A stretch of DNA of 64,000 bases from Eledone cirrhosa (GCA_964016885.1 OZ024742.1:79112001-79176000), one strand, 5' to 3'. Positions 26,247 through 42,189 are shown, numbered from the stretch's first letter. The notes: a model not told the origin generated them from the sequence alone. A program made the numbers and translations.

Positions 26247-27495
26247 ATGTATACACACTCCTCACCGTGCCCCACTCCTATTGCGAAATTCTTTTGTTTG
26301 CATTTTATTGTTATTGTATTTTTTTTTACTCTATTTTTTGTAAAACCCAATCTCCGTCTTTTTGTATTGTCCCCTATATGTCAGCACTTGTGGCCAATAA
26401 AAAAAATATTATTACTATTATTATTATTAATACCCCTCCAGCACGGACTGATTCATTCATTCTTTTATTGATTTACTTAGGGAAATGATCAAAGAGAGGA
26501 CAAGACAAACGAAAAGAAAGCAAAACGAAAAACAATTTTTTTAAAGAGGAAATATTTAAAAAGTATTGTTATACTTTAGTTGGGTCATGCTGCCAATAAA
26601 AATTATTTTGAAAAAATAAAAATACAAACTTAAGATACAAAACTCCAGGGCCATAATTGGCATGGAAGTTGCAGCTACTGTTTATTTAGTGATGATTGTC
26701 ATCACAGATGTTTCAATCCTAGGCGGGACCATCGTAGGATGGCATAAATACTGAACAGCCTCCAGCTGAGCGGTCATTTCATTCACTTCCTGTTTATGAA
26801 TTTCTCACAGCCTGACAAAAAACAACACTACGAATGTCCAACTGACAACGCCGGTCCTCACACACCAATAACATACACACGCGCACACATATATAAACAC
26901 CCAAATTTAAAAACAAAAGTACAAACACGGACACACACAGACATATGAATAAACATATACATGAAAATATGTATATATGCGCGCACGAGTAGCCCTGCCT
27001 ATGCATTGAAACACTTACATACGCCCACATACTCGCAAAGAAATAGGGCCACATCTCACAAATCACAACAAACACTGTAGTCTTTGTTGAATCACCAATC
27101 AGAAGAGCAGATCAATGATGGGGCCGGGTGCATGTCTTCTATGGGTCACCCTGAGCCATTTGTCCATGAACGAGCATAACAGGTCGATACACAATAAAAA
27201 ACTAACATGTAAAAGAAACTTTATCTTTTTTCTTTACACGCGGGTGCATACATATATGCATGTATATATATATATACATACACACATTGTTGCATAATAT
27301 ATGCAGACAGAGGGTGCAGTGCACCCTATTGCTGAATTAAGTGTGGTCGAAACTGGAGTCCGGGAACTAATATAGACACCCGTTTACGTGTGTTGTGTTG
27401 AAGCGAATAACTATGTGTATACTCTGGAATATATTCTACATTATCTATTGCGTACGCTGAAATGCAACCGGTCCTGGCATTGTCCGTCAACTTCT

Positions 27496-27535
<40 letters not shown>

Positions 27536-27805
27536 ATTTTCAGACCGGGTGATGTGTTGTTTCCTTGAGCAAGACACTTTATTTCACATTACTCCAGTTT
27601 ACTCAGCTGTAGAAATGAGATGATAGGGACCCCAGTCCCTATCATTCCACTGCAAAGTGGTCGTGGAGGCACCACGGCAAAAAAGCACCCAGCACTCACT
27701 GTAAATGAGGTTGGTGTTAGGAAGGGCATCAAGCCAGAATCAGTTCCCGTCCCACCCTTGCAAGCAGGGAAAAAGCGGACGTAAATAGAAATGATGATAA
27801 TGATG

Positions 27806-27871
<66 letters not shown>

Positions 27872-27935
27872 TACATATATATATATATTATATATGTATA
27901 TATATTACATATATATATATATATATATATATTAC

Positions 27936-27969
<34 letters not shown>

Positions 27970-28033
27970 TACATATATATATATATTATATATGTATATA
28001 TATTACATATATATATATATATATATATATTAC

Positions 28034-28067
<34 letters not shown>

Positions 28068-28132
28068 TACATATATATATATATTATATATGTATATATA
28101 TTACATATATATATATATATATATATATTACA

Positions 28133-28167
<35 letters not shown>

Positions 28168-28373
28168 TACATATATATATATATTATATATGTATATATA
28201 TTACATATATATATATATATATATATATTACATATATATATATATATATATATATATTACATATATATATATATATATATATTACATATATATATATATT
28301 ATATATGTATATATATTACATATATATATATATATATATATATATTACATATATATATATATATATATATTAC

Positions 28374-28407
<34 letters not shown>

Positions 28408-28470
28408 TACATATATATATATATTATATATGTATATATATTACATATATATATATATATATATATATAT

Positions 28471-28511
<41 letters not shown>

Positions 28512-28543
28512 TACATATATATATATATATATATATATATTAC

Positions 28544-28575
<32 letters not shown>

Positions 28576-28776
28576 TACATATATATATATATTATATATG
28601 TATATATATTACATATATATATATATATATATATATATTACATATATATATATATATATATATATTACATATATATATATATATATATATATTACATATA
28701 TATATATATTATATATGTATATATATTACATATATATATATATATATATATTACATATATATATATATATATATAT

Positions 28777-28837
<61 letters not shown>

Positions 28838-29405
28838 CATCATCATCATCATCATCAACGTTTAACGTCCGTGTTCCACGCTTGCATGGGTTTGGACGGG
28901 GGTAGTCCCACTTGAGGCAAGAGTGATTGTCTTGCTCGCATAGGACTGTCTGGCAGGTTTTCTACAGTTGGATGCCCTTCCTAACACCAACCACATTTAC
29001 AGTGTGGGTCTGGGAGGTTTTTACCGTGTTGCCTACACGGCCACATTACAGCGTGGACTGTGTGTTTTTTTGTCGTGACACCTACACGATCTCATTTGTT
29101 TCGGCCTCGATGGCGCGGCACCAACATAACTTTACATAGAACGGGGTGGTGTGGATCGGGTGGGGGTGGGGGTGGTGGGACGGGGTGTATTTTGTTAGAG
29201 ATGCCTACTGGCTGGAGTAGGTTTTACTATATATTTAGGTAAGGCAGGTCTTCTCTGTTACTGAGTACCGCCAAAGGTCTCGGTCCAGTGACATTGTCTT
29301 GGAGAGGTGTAAGTGTGTGATGTCGGAGTTTATCAGCTCGTCCCAGGTTTTTCTAGGTCTGCCTATTCCGTGACTACCGTCTATCTTTATTGCCCTGCAC
29401 TTTGT
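28838..29405 (-). mobile_element. RTE LINE 3' end, near-identical inverted copy of 25105-25673
   Basis: Direct reverse-complement match with only isolated substitutions by eye. Confidence 0.9.
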
Positions 29406-29446
29406 CTATATATATATTACATATATATATATATATATTATATATA

Positions 29447-29490
<44 letters not shown>

Positions 29491-29562
29491 CATATATATA
29501 TATATATATTATATATATATATATTATATATATATATATATTACATATATATATATATATAT

Positions 29563-29594
<32 letters not shown>

Positions 29595-29657
29595 ATATAT
29601 ATTATATATATATATATATTATATATATATATATATATAGTATATATATATATATAT

Positions 29658-29821
<164 letters not shown>

Positions 29822-29837
29822 CATCATTATCATCATT

Positions 29838-30075
29838 TCAATTTACGAGACTTGCATGACGTGGAGGTGGATGTCTTTAAGAAACATCTCGACACCTTGT
29901 TATCCAGGATCCCGGATGAACCCACAGCAAGACACGAGGGAAACCTAAGGGCAGCAGCAACAAACTCCCTCCTACACCAGTGGCCAACCTATACAGGCTG
30001 GAGATAAAATGTGTAGCAACAAGGGCGGTGCCCCAGCATGGCCTCAGCCGGATGGCTGAAACAGGTAAAAGAGAA
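29838..30075 (+). mobile_element. CR1/L2-like LINE 3' end
   Basis: NLRDLHDVEVDVFKKHLDTLLSRIPDEP...RAAATNSLLHQ followed by GGTGCCCCAGCATGGCC tail. Confidence 0.65.
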
Positions 30076-30763
30076 TATATATATATTATATATATATATA
30101 TATTATATATATATATATATATATTACATATATATATATATATATTACATATATATATATATATATATATATTACATATATATATATATATATATATTAC
30201 ATATATATATATATATATATTACATATATATATATATATATATATTACATATATATATATATATATATATTACATATATATATATATATATATATATTAC
30301 ATATATATATATATATATATTACATATATATATATATATATATTACATATATATATATATATATTACATATATATATATATATATTACATATATATATAT
30401 ATATATATATATTACATATATATATATATATATATATTACATATATATATATATTACATATATATATATATATATATATATATTACATATATATATATAT
30501 ATATATATATTACATATATATATATATTACATATATATATATATATATATTACATATATATATATATATATTACATATATATATATATATTACATATATA
30601 TATATTACATATATATATTACATATATATATACATTACATATATATATATATATTACATATATATATATATATATTACATATATATATATATTACATATA
30701 TATATATATATATATATATTACATATATATATATATATTACATATATATATATATTATATATA

Positions 30764-30795
<32 letters not shown>

Positions 30796-30881
30796 TACAT
30801 ATATATATTACATATATATATATATATATATATATATTACATATATATATATATATTACATATATATATATATTATATATA

Positions 30882-30913
<32 letters not shown>

Positions 30914-30982
30914 TACATATATATATATATATTACATATATATATATATTACATATATATATATATATTACATATATATATA

Positions 30983-31014
<32 letters not shown>

Positions 31015-31319
31015 TACATATATATATATATATATATATTACATATATATATATATATTACATATATATATATATATTACATATATATATATATATTACA
31101 TATATATATATATATTACATATATATATATATATTATATATATATATTATATATATATATATATATTATATATATATATATTATATATATATATATATTA
31201 CATATATATATATATATATTACACATATATATATATATATATATATATATTACATATATATATATATATATATTACATATATATATATATATTACATATA
31301 TATATATATATATATATAT

Positions 31320-31350
<31 letters not shown>

Positions 31351-31500
31351 TACATATATATATATATATATATTACATATATATATATATATTACATATA
31401 TATATATATATATATATATATAACATATATATATATATATATATATATAACATATATATATATATATATATATATAACATATATATATATATATATATAT

Positions 31501-31592
<92 letters not shown>

Positions 31593-31646
31593 CATATATA
31601 TATATATATATATATATAACATATATATATATATATATATATATAT

Positions 31647-31691
<45 letters not shown>

Positions 31692-32254
31692 CATATATAT
31701 ATATATATATATATAAAACATATATATATATATATATAACATATATATATAACATATATATATATATATATATATATATAACATATATATATATATAACA
31801 TATATATATATATAACATATATATATATATAACATATATATATATATAACATATATATATATATAACATATATATATATAACATATATATATATATAACA
31901 TATATATATATATAACATATATATATATAACATATATATATATATAACATATATATATATATATATATAACATATATATATACATATATAACATATATAT
32001 ATATATACATATATAACATATATATATATATACAAATATAACATATATATATATATACAAATATAACATATATATATATATACAAATATAACATATATAT
32101 ATATATACAACATATATATATATATATATATAACATATATATATATAACATATATATATATAACATATATATATATATATATATATAACATATATATATA
32201 TAACATATATATATATATATATATATAACATATATATATATAACATATATATAT

Positions 32255-32287
<33 letters not shown>

Positions 32288-32319
32288 CATATATATATAT
32301 AACATATATATATATATAT

Positions 32320-32418
<99 letters not shown>

Positions 32419-33049
32419 TCTGCAGTACTGAGACCAGGGAGTCCACAAATCAGAATAATTCTCTATGCATGGAAAGGATCAGATTTGATATAAAGGAACA
32501 ATCAGCCTACATACTTCGACTTGTATGTGTACTGGAGACATTTTCCCATGTCTCCTGGTGTAGACTGGCATGCAGGAAATGGGACATGAGTGTTGTAACA
32601 CCTTTCTGCTTCTATGGGAGGTAGGTGGGTTGGCTGTCCTGCTTCTGCTGCATTCATTCCACTTGCTTGGGAAGGCAAGTTCCTCATATTACAGAATATT
32701 GTCAGTTTTCCTGGTCCCTGTGATTCAGCTCTATGAGGTTTGCCGTCGCCACATCATCCCAGGTTTTCCTATATACATATCCTCATCCTTTGATGTCTGC
32801 TTTCCCATACACCCATAATTGGATCTATTGCTGTTCTTAATCAGACCTACAGCCCTCCTTATCAGGCTGAAGGTTTCTTCAGAGAGATGCCCTTTCTAAT
32901 GTCAACTATCTTACAGCATGCACTGGAATTTTTTTCTTTAACAATGAGTTCAGCGATGCTTCTAGTGTACATCTAGCAGTCCACCAGGGCTAACGTCTCT
33001 GTATCCTCCTGTTTATTTTAGTCTTCTAGGCCATAACAAAATTGTTTAT

Positions 33050-34180
33050 GACTGGTTGTCTATGGGAACCCCTGTATAGTCATGACCTAGTTCTTATAGT
33101 TGAACGTCGAAGATTTAAGGAAGATAATTCAGACATAGATGCAAAACCTACAATTGAATGGCTTCAAATTAAAGTTAGCAATGGCCAATGCTTTTGTAAG
33201 TGAAATAGCAGACAGGACATTTCTACCATCAGAGAAATGGCTGTACTCAATATACAGTAAAGTAGATAGACATTCCATATGATGGTTAACCTGTGTAAAC
33301 CATGGATGTACAAGCAAGAGGTGTAGAGGGATTACAGCCAGGCTTATAAAGAAGGTAGACATTGTATATGTGGCAGATGTACAAGAGGTGTAGTGGAATT
33401 ACAGCCAGGCTTATAAAGAAGTGAGACTTTGTATAAGTGACAGATGTACAAGAGTAATTAATTGTTAGAGTACAGATGAAATAAATTCTTTGAAATGGTT
33501 GGAAAACTTACTGGTAGTAATTGTTAGCTTTTGTTACCTTGGTGCTTAATTAGTAATGGAAGTAGATGTACTGAAACAATGAAGTCAGATTAAGAATAAG
33601 ATGTAAAAAGTTCTGGGATCTGCTGGCGACTGGCACTGCAGCATAGTAGTGAGACATGGGACTTAATCTGTTACCTCTGCTGACAACGGGCACTGTAGCA
33701 TAGTAGTGAGACATAGGACTTAATCTGTTACCTCTGCTGACAACTGGCATTGTAGCATAGTAGTGAGACATGGGTGTTAAATGCGGAAGATTTGTCATGG
33801 CTAGAAATGAGTGAGGTATGCATGCTTTACTCAATATGTAATATTAGTGTGCACCATCAATGAACCACAAATAAACTGAAAAATAGTTGGATATACAAAA
33901 AATTAGATGCAATGTGCAAGAGAGAAAACTGCACTAGAATGAGTATGTAATACATACAGAAGATGTCAATTGTATAAAGAAATACAAAACACTTGAAGTA
34001 GATGAAGCCTGTGAAAGATGGAGACCTAAGAAGATATGGGACAGAGTAGTGAAGACGGACTTCAAGAAGCTGAATTGCCTGAAGATGACAAAGAACTATA
34101 ATGATTGGCAACATATGGTAATGAAGAAGACTACCCCACCATTTCAAGCAAGGCAAAATGGCAAAATATGTGTTAAACTA
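33050..34180 (+). mobile_element. Old decayed RTE LINE fragment with internal ~60-bp tandem duplications
   Basis: Remnants of the PHD region (AAGAGGTGTAG...TGTGGCAGATGT), TTTTGTTACCTTGG, and repeated GCATAGTAGTGAGACATGG. Confidence 0.65.
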
Positions 34181-34608
34181 ATGTTGGTGGGTCTTTCTCC
34201 AAGTATATGCCTATTAATTCTCCATTTACTGCCCTATTCATTAACCCCTCATCTATCATCTGTATCCTATTTACTGCACCATTCATTACCCTGTATCCTA
34301 TTTACTCCAGCATTCATTACCCTCTCATCTATCAGCCTGTATCCCATTCAGTGCACAATTCATTACCCTCGCATATTTCACCTTGTATCCTATTCACTGC
34401 ACCATTCCATCATGTAATGAGAGACACCATTTGATATGTCTGTATTCAAGCTCCCTGCTATCACCAATTAGTATAATCCTTCTACCATTCTACTACATCA
34501 ACAATGTTGAGTGAGTGTTCAACAGAAGGTAAAGCAAAAGCTTCCAAAAATAATGGTTGCATTTTAAAAGGGTACGTCAAAGCTTATTTGTAAAACTGTT
34601 ATATATTG

Positions 34609-34673
34609 TATTTTGTCTGATGAAGGCATACCATAATTTAATTTGGTATCCCTGAAATATGTATAATGAAATA
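34609..34673 (+). ncRNA. Type I hammerhead ribozyme (family B)
   Basis: TATTTTGT-CTGATGA-AGGCATACCA...TGGTATCCCT-GAAA-TATGTA-TA-ATGAAATA; ACTC...GAGT hairpin at 34721-34740. Confidence 0.8.
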
Positions 34674-34804
34674 AATATGGTTTTATAAATATAGTTTCCA
34701 TTTATTAATATCGTATATCTACTCCAAATACTTGTCGAGTGCTTTATATCAGTTATAAAAATATTTACTTGTTGTATCCCAACAATTTTAAATAGAACTT
34801 TTGC

Positions 34805-34845
<41 letters not shown>

Positions 34846-35213
34846 TATATTTATATACATACACACAGATAAGTAGTTTCAGGTTAAGTTTGACTTTGAG
34901 CAAATGTATTCTACTAGAGCTTCATTCTGACCAATGCATTGTAAGTGAAATTTAGGAGATAGAAACTGTGTGGAAGCCTGTCTTATATAAATATATATAT
35001 GTATGTGTGTGTCCATCCAATGTTTAAGTCTAGTTTGTTTCTGTTTTGTAAATTAAGAATTTGACAAAGAGGAGTTCAACAAAATTGAAAGAAACCAGTA
35101 CTGGAATGATATCAAGTAAATATATTCAAGGTGGCATCCTTGCATGGCCAGTCTGATGACAGAAAACAGTAAAAAAACAGAAGAGTATACATACATATAC
35201 ACATAAATATATT

Positions 35214-35246
<33 letters not shown>

Positions 35247-35380
35247 GAATATATAAATATATATAGTTCAAGGAAACAACAAACAGAGGTACAACATTTC
35301 TTATTAGTTTCACACTTTATATCAAAAAGGGGAAAGAAAGTTTGATGTGTCAGGCTTTAGCCCTTATATATGTACATCTT

Positions 35381-35574
35381 ATAATAATAATTGTTTCTAC
35401 TTTTGGCACAAGGCCAGCAATTATCCCAGTGTATTACTGGTACTTTATTTTATCGACTCCGTAAGGATGAAAGGCAAAGTTAACCTCGGTGGGATTTGAA
35501 CTCAGACCATAAAGGGCCGTAACTCTTTGCTGCAAAGCATGGCGTCCGACCCTCTACCGATACTGCCAATCCAC
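35381..35574 (-). mobile_element. SINE family 2, full length
   Basis: Same A/B-box and central domain as 16037-16221. Confidence 0.8.
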
Positions 35575-35577
35575 ATC

Positions 35578-35612
<35 letters not shown>

Positions 35613-38340
35613 TCTCAATATAGCACCATTATCTTTATTCTTGTGTGACACACGTTTCATGGTCAATTAGCTCAAGGTACAATTGTGACTGACTCTGGAA
35701 TTGATAGCCCATGAGACTCATGGCTTCCTTATCATTATTATTAACTCTCTGCTTATTAAGTATACTGAATATGGTGTGAAACAATGAACAATACCACATC
35801 AGCAACGGGATCCACTTAGGCATCAAGTGTTCAAACTGGTGAAACAATAGTAACTTAAACTTATACACCAATAAACTATATATATAGAGAGAGACAGTTG
35901 ATCATCAACATCTCAGACTTCATTCGCTTAACGAGTAGGTTGGAGTTCGTCAAATTCAACCGAGGAAACAATGTTTCCATTGGTCTTTCCAATTGCTGAT
36001 ACTATCTGTCAATCGCAAATCCAGGCAGAAGGAGCAACATGAAATAAAGTGTCTTGCTCAAAGACATAATGCATCGCACGGTCCGGGAATCGAAATCACA
36101 ACCTCACGATTGCGAATCCAATTCTCTGAGCACTTAGAGAGAGAGGGGGGGAGAGAACAACTCATTTTCACTAGAACTGAATAAGCTAGTGTGATGCCTA
36201 TTGCATATGTTATAAAGTGAACCTCAACAAAAGTTTTTAAAATGCTCTTTCATAAAATTTAAATATATATACAGGTTCAACTAAATATTTGAAGAACCAA
36301 TATATATTGATCATTCAGGTTAGATGGGGGAGTCATTATACTCACAGCCATTGGTTGGCTAGATGTATAGTTGAATGGAGTGTCAAATTCTTATTATTTC
36401 TATGAATTCAATAGCATATTTCAACGACCAATCTATATATAGATCAATAAATCAGCTTGATTAGAATGGGGAGGAAGTTAAAATGAATACATGGGTTCCA
36501 ATATTTATTATTTTACCATAGCTCTTGTATGAGCAAGACAAAGTCATTCAATCTGATTTGTTTCATAATGGGACAACTTGCCTAACCCATGCTAGTATGA
36601 AAAAATGGACATTAAATGGTAATGAGGATAGCTTGATATTTTCATGGAAGTTGATCTGTTTGAAACATTTCAAATGCTATCTCTGGATAAATCATGTAGT
36701 GAATTTGAATAGGTAGATCCTTCCTCTATAGATCCCAATTCCATTTTACACCAAACCTAAAAACATTAAGCAAAAATGCTAAAATATTATTGTTACTTTT
36801 ATGTCTGAGAACTGAGCAAAACTTCAAGCACTCTTTATAAGCTGAAGCAGATAATTAACAAATTGTTGAGATGGCATATATAATCTGACCTCACCGATTT
36901 AACCATTGATTTTTTGGTCAAATATTCCTCGGCTTATATTTGAGTATATACGGTTTGTTGTAAGGATATATGTAGTTTCCACGTATGATAGAAAAATGGT
37001 TATAGTCTAAAAACAATCCAGATAGAAAATCTCTTTACAAGAAAGATAGTTATAATTACAATATTGGTGTATGTGTGTACAGAAGCAAGAAATTAGTTGA
37101 TAATAACTATAATATCGTGTTATTTGCAAAACATCAAATGGATGTTGTCTCATTGACCCATTGGGCAAAACTGCAAATGTGATACACTAGTAGATTGCAA
37201 GGGAAGCTATGGAATTCTTATATAAGAAGCAGCCAATTAACTCTGGAAGGTGTTAGTGCTGGTGGCACAATTTTAAAGTATCCATTCCACCCTGTAAGGT
37301 GGTAGTGCTGGTGACACAATAAAAACACCCAGTTCACCCTGTAAGATGGCTGGTGTCATAATAAAAAGCACCAGTCCACTCTCTGAAGTGGTAGTGCTGA
37401 TGGCACAATAAAAAGCATCTAATCCACCCTGTAAGGTGGTGGTAGTGGTGCTGGTGCTATGTTGAAATGTTCCCAGCACATACTGCAAATTGGTTGTTGG
37501 TAGGAAGGACACCCACTCATAGAAACCATAACAAAAGTAGAATATAGCCTCAGAGCATAAAATATCTAATCCATGCAAGCATGGAAAATAGATGTTAAAT
37601 GTGGCTGCGGCTGATGATGGTTACAAAAGCAATTTCCATTACTTTATTTAAGGTATTTTTTACATACCCCATTTTATGACCCTACTTGAAAATTAAGAAT
37701 GTAAAGGGCCAGAAGAAATATTGTAAAGCATTTTGTCCACCTTTCTAATAATTCCCCTAATCTACTCTGCTGAACTGGTGTTGTCTTTTATGAACCCCAG
37801 AAAGTTGAAAAGCAAAATTGACCTTGCTGAGATTGGAAATCAGAATATAAAAGAGCTAGAACAGATACAACAAAGGATTTTGTCCAGCACTATTATGATT
37901 CCTTCATTTTGTGACCTATGCTGAGCCGTATGCTGTCCATAATATTTTAGTACTAATCTGATTTATTCAACTAATCTCATTTGTGAGAAAATTAATAATT
38001 AAGCACAATTATTGTACAACGATTTTAATGCAGCGAAATAAAGAAATAGATTGGCAAGTATATTAATTATCATCTGACAAAAATGAAGTAAGTTTGCTCA
38101 TTTACCAATGCCATTTAATTTGATTATTGTAAATTGTCCAATTTTAAGTGTATTGGATCTAAGAATTATTGAAATTATTGGATCAACATTACACACACAC
38201 AGTCATTTATAAAAGTTAAGGGCTGTATAAAACTATTGTAATAGAGCAAGTACAGAATTAGTGAATTGGAATTGATAGTTGGCAAGCATTTAATTTAAAG
38301 TGTATTGAATGTCGGAAGTATTTTGAGTATTGGATCAACC

Positions 38341-38631
38341 TTAACCCTTTAGCATTTACATTATTCTATATATCTGTTAAACATTACCATTCAAATCTTT
38401 ATTCAAAAGCAAAAAAACAAAACTTATTTAGTAAGAAAAAAAAAGGGGGAAACACAAGGAAAGAAAGAATAGGGAAATTGTATATTAGCTCACAAAATAT
38501 CGAATCTATGAAATTTTGATATTATTTATTTTGAGAACAATACATTAACATTAGTATGAGTGGCCAGTTATAGCCAGTTTGAACAGAATGAGGTGAGATA
38601 ATTCTAGCCGGTTTAAATGCTAAAGGGTTAA
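38341..38631. mobile_element. piggyBac-like MITE
   Basis: TTAA|CCCTTTAGCATTTA ... TAAATGCTAAAGGG|TTAA. Confidence 0.8.
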
Positions 38632-39726
38632 ACACCTAGATGTTGAAAAAATTCAAACGCAGCATAACACTATGGTACTAAAAGTATTTAGCATAAGGCC
38701 TCTGTTATATGCTACTTTTACAGCTATGTTAGTCTTCCACTGCAAAAAACAGCAACAAGTGTTTTAAGCCCATCTTCCCTGCTAAAGCAAGGCTAGGTGC
38801 TGCAGGGACCATGACAAACTTCTCCATTTTCCCCTATCATCAGTATTGCTCTTCACAAACTTTCATTTCCTCTTCCATGTCTTTCTAGGTCTTCTACTTC
38901 CTTCCACATTCATTTCCATCACTCCTCTCACCCAGTCACTTCCATCATTCTTCAGTGCAAGGAGCCAACCATCTCATTTCTCTTCACAACATTCACATTG
39001 GCACTATTCTCATCACTCTGCAATTTACTATTTGTCTTCCTTTTTCTCATTAACTAGACCATTCTCAGTTCCAATCTATCTAACTTTCTTCACTGTTCCA
39101 TGATTATCACCCATGTTTGATTCCAACACATGCAGCATAAACCAGTCCTTTCAGTTTCAGGGATGCTCCCCTCCACATAATCACGCAAGTTAGTGAGGGC
39201 TGCATTACAGAGTTGACTGGTTGTTTCATCGAGACACTAACACATCCATATTTCAATACCAGGGCACATGTCCATTGGTTGGGCTGGCAGGACAGTGATA
39301 GAGATCCAGGAGAGGGGATGAAGCCTATTATTAACCCATGTAGGGAGGCGGGGTCTTAGTGGAAGTGATTGGCGATATCATGGTTTCTTGCTTGCTAAGG
39401 TGGAATGAATTGGTAAGGAAATGGAAGGGAGAGGACTAACTATGTCAGTGCAAGTTGTGAGGGTGAGTGTAGAAGTGAGAGTAAGTGTCTGTTCGCAGAG
39501 AGATTTTGAAGAGCAGGAGAGAAATATGCTTAGTTGTAGTGGGACTGCTATCATCATGTTCCTAACTATAGTGGCATATCAAAAACAAAAACATTACAAG
39601 TTAACACAGCAAAGGGTTATGTAATCACTTTGATGTCTTTGAAATAGGCATAACAGGATTATATAATAAACAGATGTTTACTTAAAACTGTCTCTCATAT
39701 ATACAAATATCGACAAATGTATGTGC

Positions 39727-39789
<63 letters not shown>

Positions 39790-40450
39790 TATACCCATGG
39801 TAGCGTTGAAGATGGACGTTAAATGATGTTGATGTTGATGATGATGATGTATATATGGTTAGATGTATGTATATGTGTGTGTATATATATATAAATGGTT
39901 AGATATATGTGTATGTGGATATAAATATATATATGTGTGTGCATATATGTATATATATATGTATATATATGTATATATATATGTATATATATATGTATAT
40001 ATATGTATATATATATATATTACACATACAACTGTCAATACACACACACATACATCTAACCATATATACTTATATGGACGCATAAATACACATGTATATA
40101 TATATAACTTCAGACACACACATATACATATATATATATGTATATATATGCATAGATATATATATATGTAAAATGATGTATGATGTATATATGTGTGTCT
40201 GTGTGCAAGCATGCAGAGCAAAATGACACCTGTAATTTTAACAGTATAGATATCATTTCTGTGTGGATTATATGTAAATAAATCCCACTGAGCTAGCCTT
40301 TCATAGATTTAGACAAATGCTCATGTATATACATTTACATGTATGATACACACAAGTAAGTTTGTGTGTGTGTCATCATCATCATCATCATCATCATCGT
40401 TTAACGTCCATCTTCCACGCTTGCATGATATATATATATATACACACACA

Positions 40451-40511
<61 letters not shown>

Positions 40512-40526
40512 ACACACAAGTAAGTT

Positions 40527-40560
<34 letters not shown>

Positions 40561-40600
40561 CGATATTAATAAATGGAAACTATATTTATAAAACCATATT

Positions 40601-40665
40601 TATTTCATTATACATATTTCAAGGACACCAAGTTAAATTATGGTGTGCTTTCATCAGATAAAATA
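40601..40665 (-). ncRNA. Type I hammerhead ribozyme (family B, antisense arm of palindrome)
   Basis: Exact reverse complement of 40684-40748. Confidence 0.85.
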
Positions 40666-40683
40666 TAAAACTGATCTATATTA

Positions 40684-40748
40684 TATTTTATCTGATGAAA
40701 GCACACCATAATTTAACTTGGTGTCCTTGAAATATGTATAATGAAATA
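40684..40748 (+). ncRNA. Type I hammerhead ribozyme (family B)
   Basis: TATTTTAT-CTGATGA-AAGCACACCA...TGGTGTCCTT-GAAA-TATGTA-TA-ATGAAATA. Confidence 0.85.
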
Positions 40749-41238
40749 AATATGGTTTTATAAATATAGTTTCCATTTATTAATATCGTATTTTTACTCC
40801 AAATATTTGTTGAGTGCTTTATATCAGTTATAAAAATATTTGCTTGTTGTATAACCAACAATTTAAATAGAACTTTTACATATATATATATATATATACA
40901 CACACACATATATATATACATGAAATCAGTTCCTGTATGAGCAAGGCATGGTCAGCCGACCAGACACTGCCCACAACAGGACAACCCGTCTAACCCATGC
41001 TAGCGTGGAAGAACGGACGTTAAACGGTGATGATGATGATGATGATGATACATATATATATGAAACATTTTGAATGTGTGTTAGGTTTTGCCTACTACAA
41101 TGTTCAATTTGTCAAGCTATTTAAACGTATGTTGTTACTCTAAGGATCTCCCCTTATTGAGTGCTTTGCTAACTCATTCATATTGTAGGTCGACTTTGCT
41201 TGCCCACAGCCAAAGCTTCGATTTTACTAAGCCCCCAC

Positions 41239-41292
<54 letters not shown>

Positions 41293-41568
41293 AAATGTGG
41301 TTGGTGTTAGGAGGGGCATCCAGCCGTAGAAAACCAGTCTGAAACACCCCTATATGAGCGAGACACGGTCACCCAACATAACTCTCTTCAAAATAAGACC
41401 CATCTAACCCATGCTAGTGTGGAAGATGGACGTTAATCGATTATGATAATGATGATATATATACATATACTTACATATAAATGCAAACATATATATATAT
41501 ATATATATATATGTGCAAACATATATATATATATATGTATATGTGTACATAGAAATGCACATGTGTGC

Positions 41569-41612
<44 letters not shown>

Positions 41613-41943
41613 TTATAAATGCACAGATATACATGTGTCTGGGAGAGTATATGTGTGTGTGTGTGTGAAAGTTGGAGTGCTGGAGGTGAAATTAAGTTAA
41701 CATGTAGGTGGCTAAGCATCCCACTGATAAGTGGTCCATTAAACCATTTTCCAGGTAGATTTAGGGTGACACAGTGTGTGATAAGGCTGGTCCTTTCAAT
41801 AACAGGTAAAACTCATTTTTGCAAACTGTGGAGTGAGGCTAAATTATTACAGTATCAGGGAATGAATTCATAATATTCTGACCATCAGAACATCCTAACC
41901 AGAAAGCCATGCACCTTTGTGTTTGTACATACATATACAAATA

Positions 41944-42004
<61 letters not shown>

Positions 42005-42153
42005 AGCAGGGAAAAGTGGACGTAAAATGATGATGATGATGATGATATATATATATATATATATACATGTACATACACATATATATAATATAATATATAT
42101 ATACTTATATACATATATATATATACTTATATACATATATATATATAGATATA

Positions 42154-42189
<36 letters not shown>

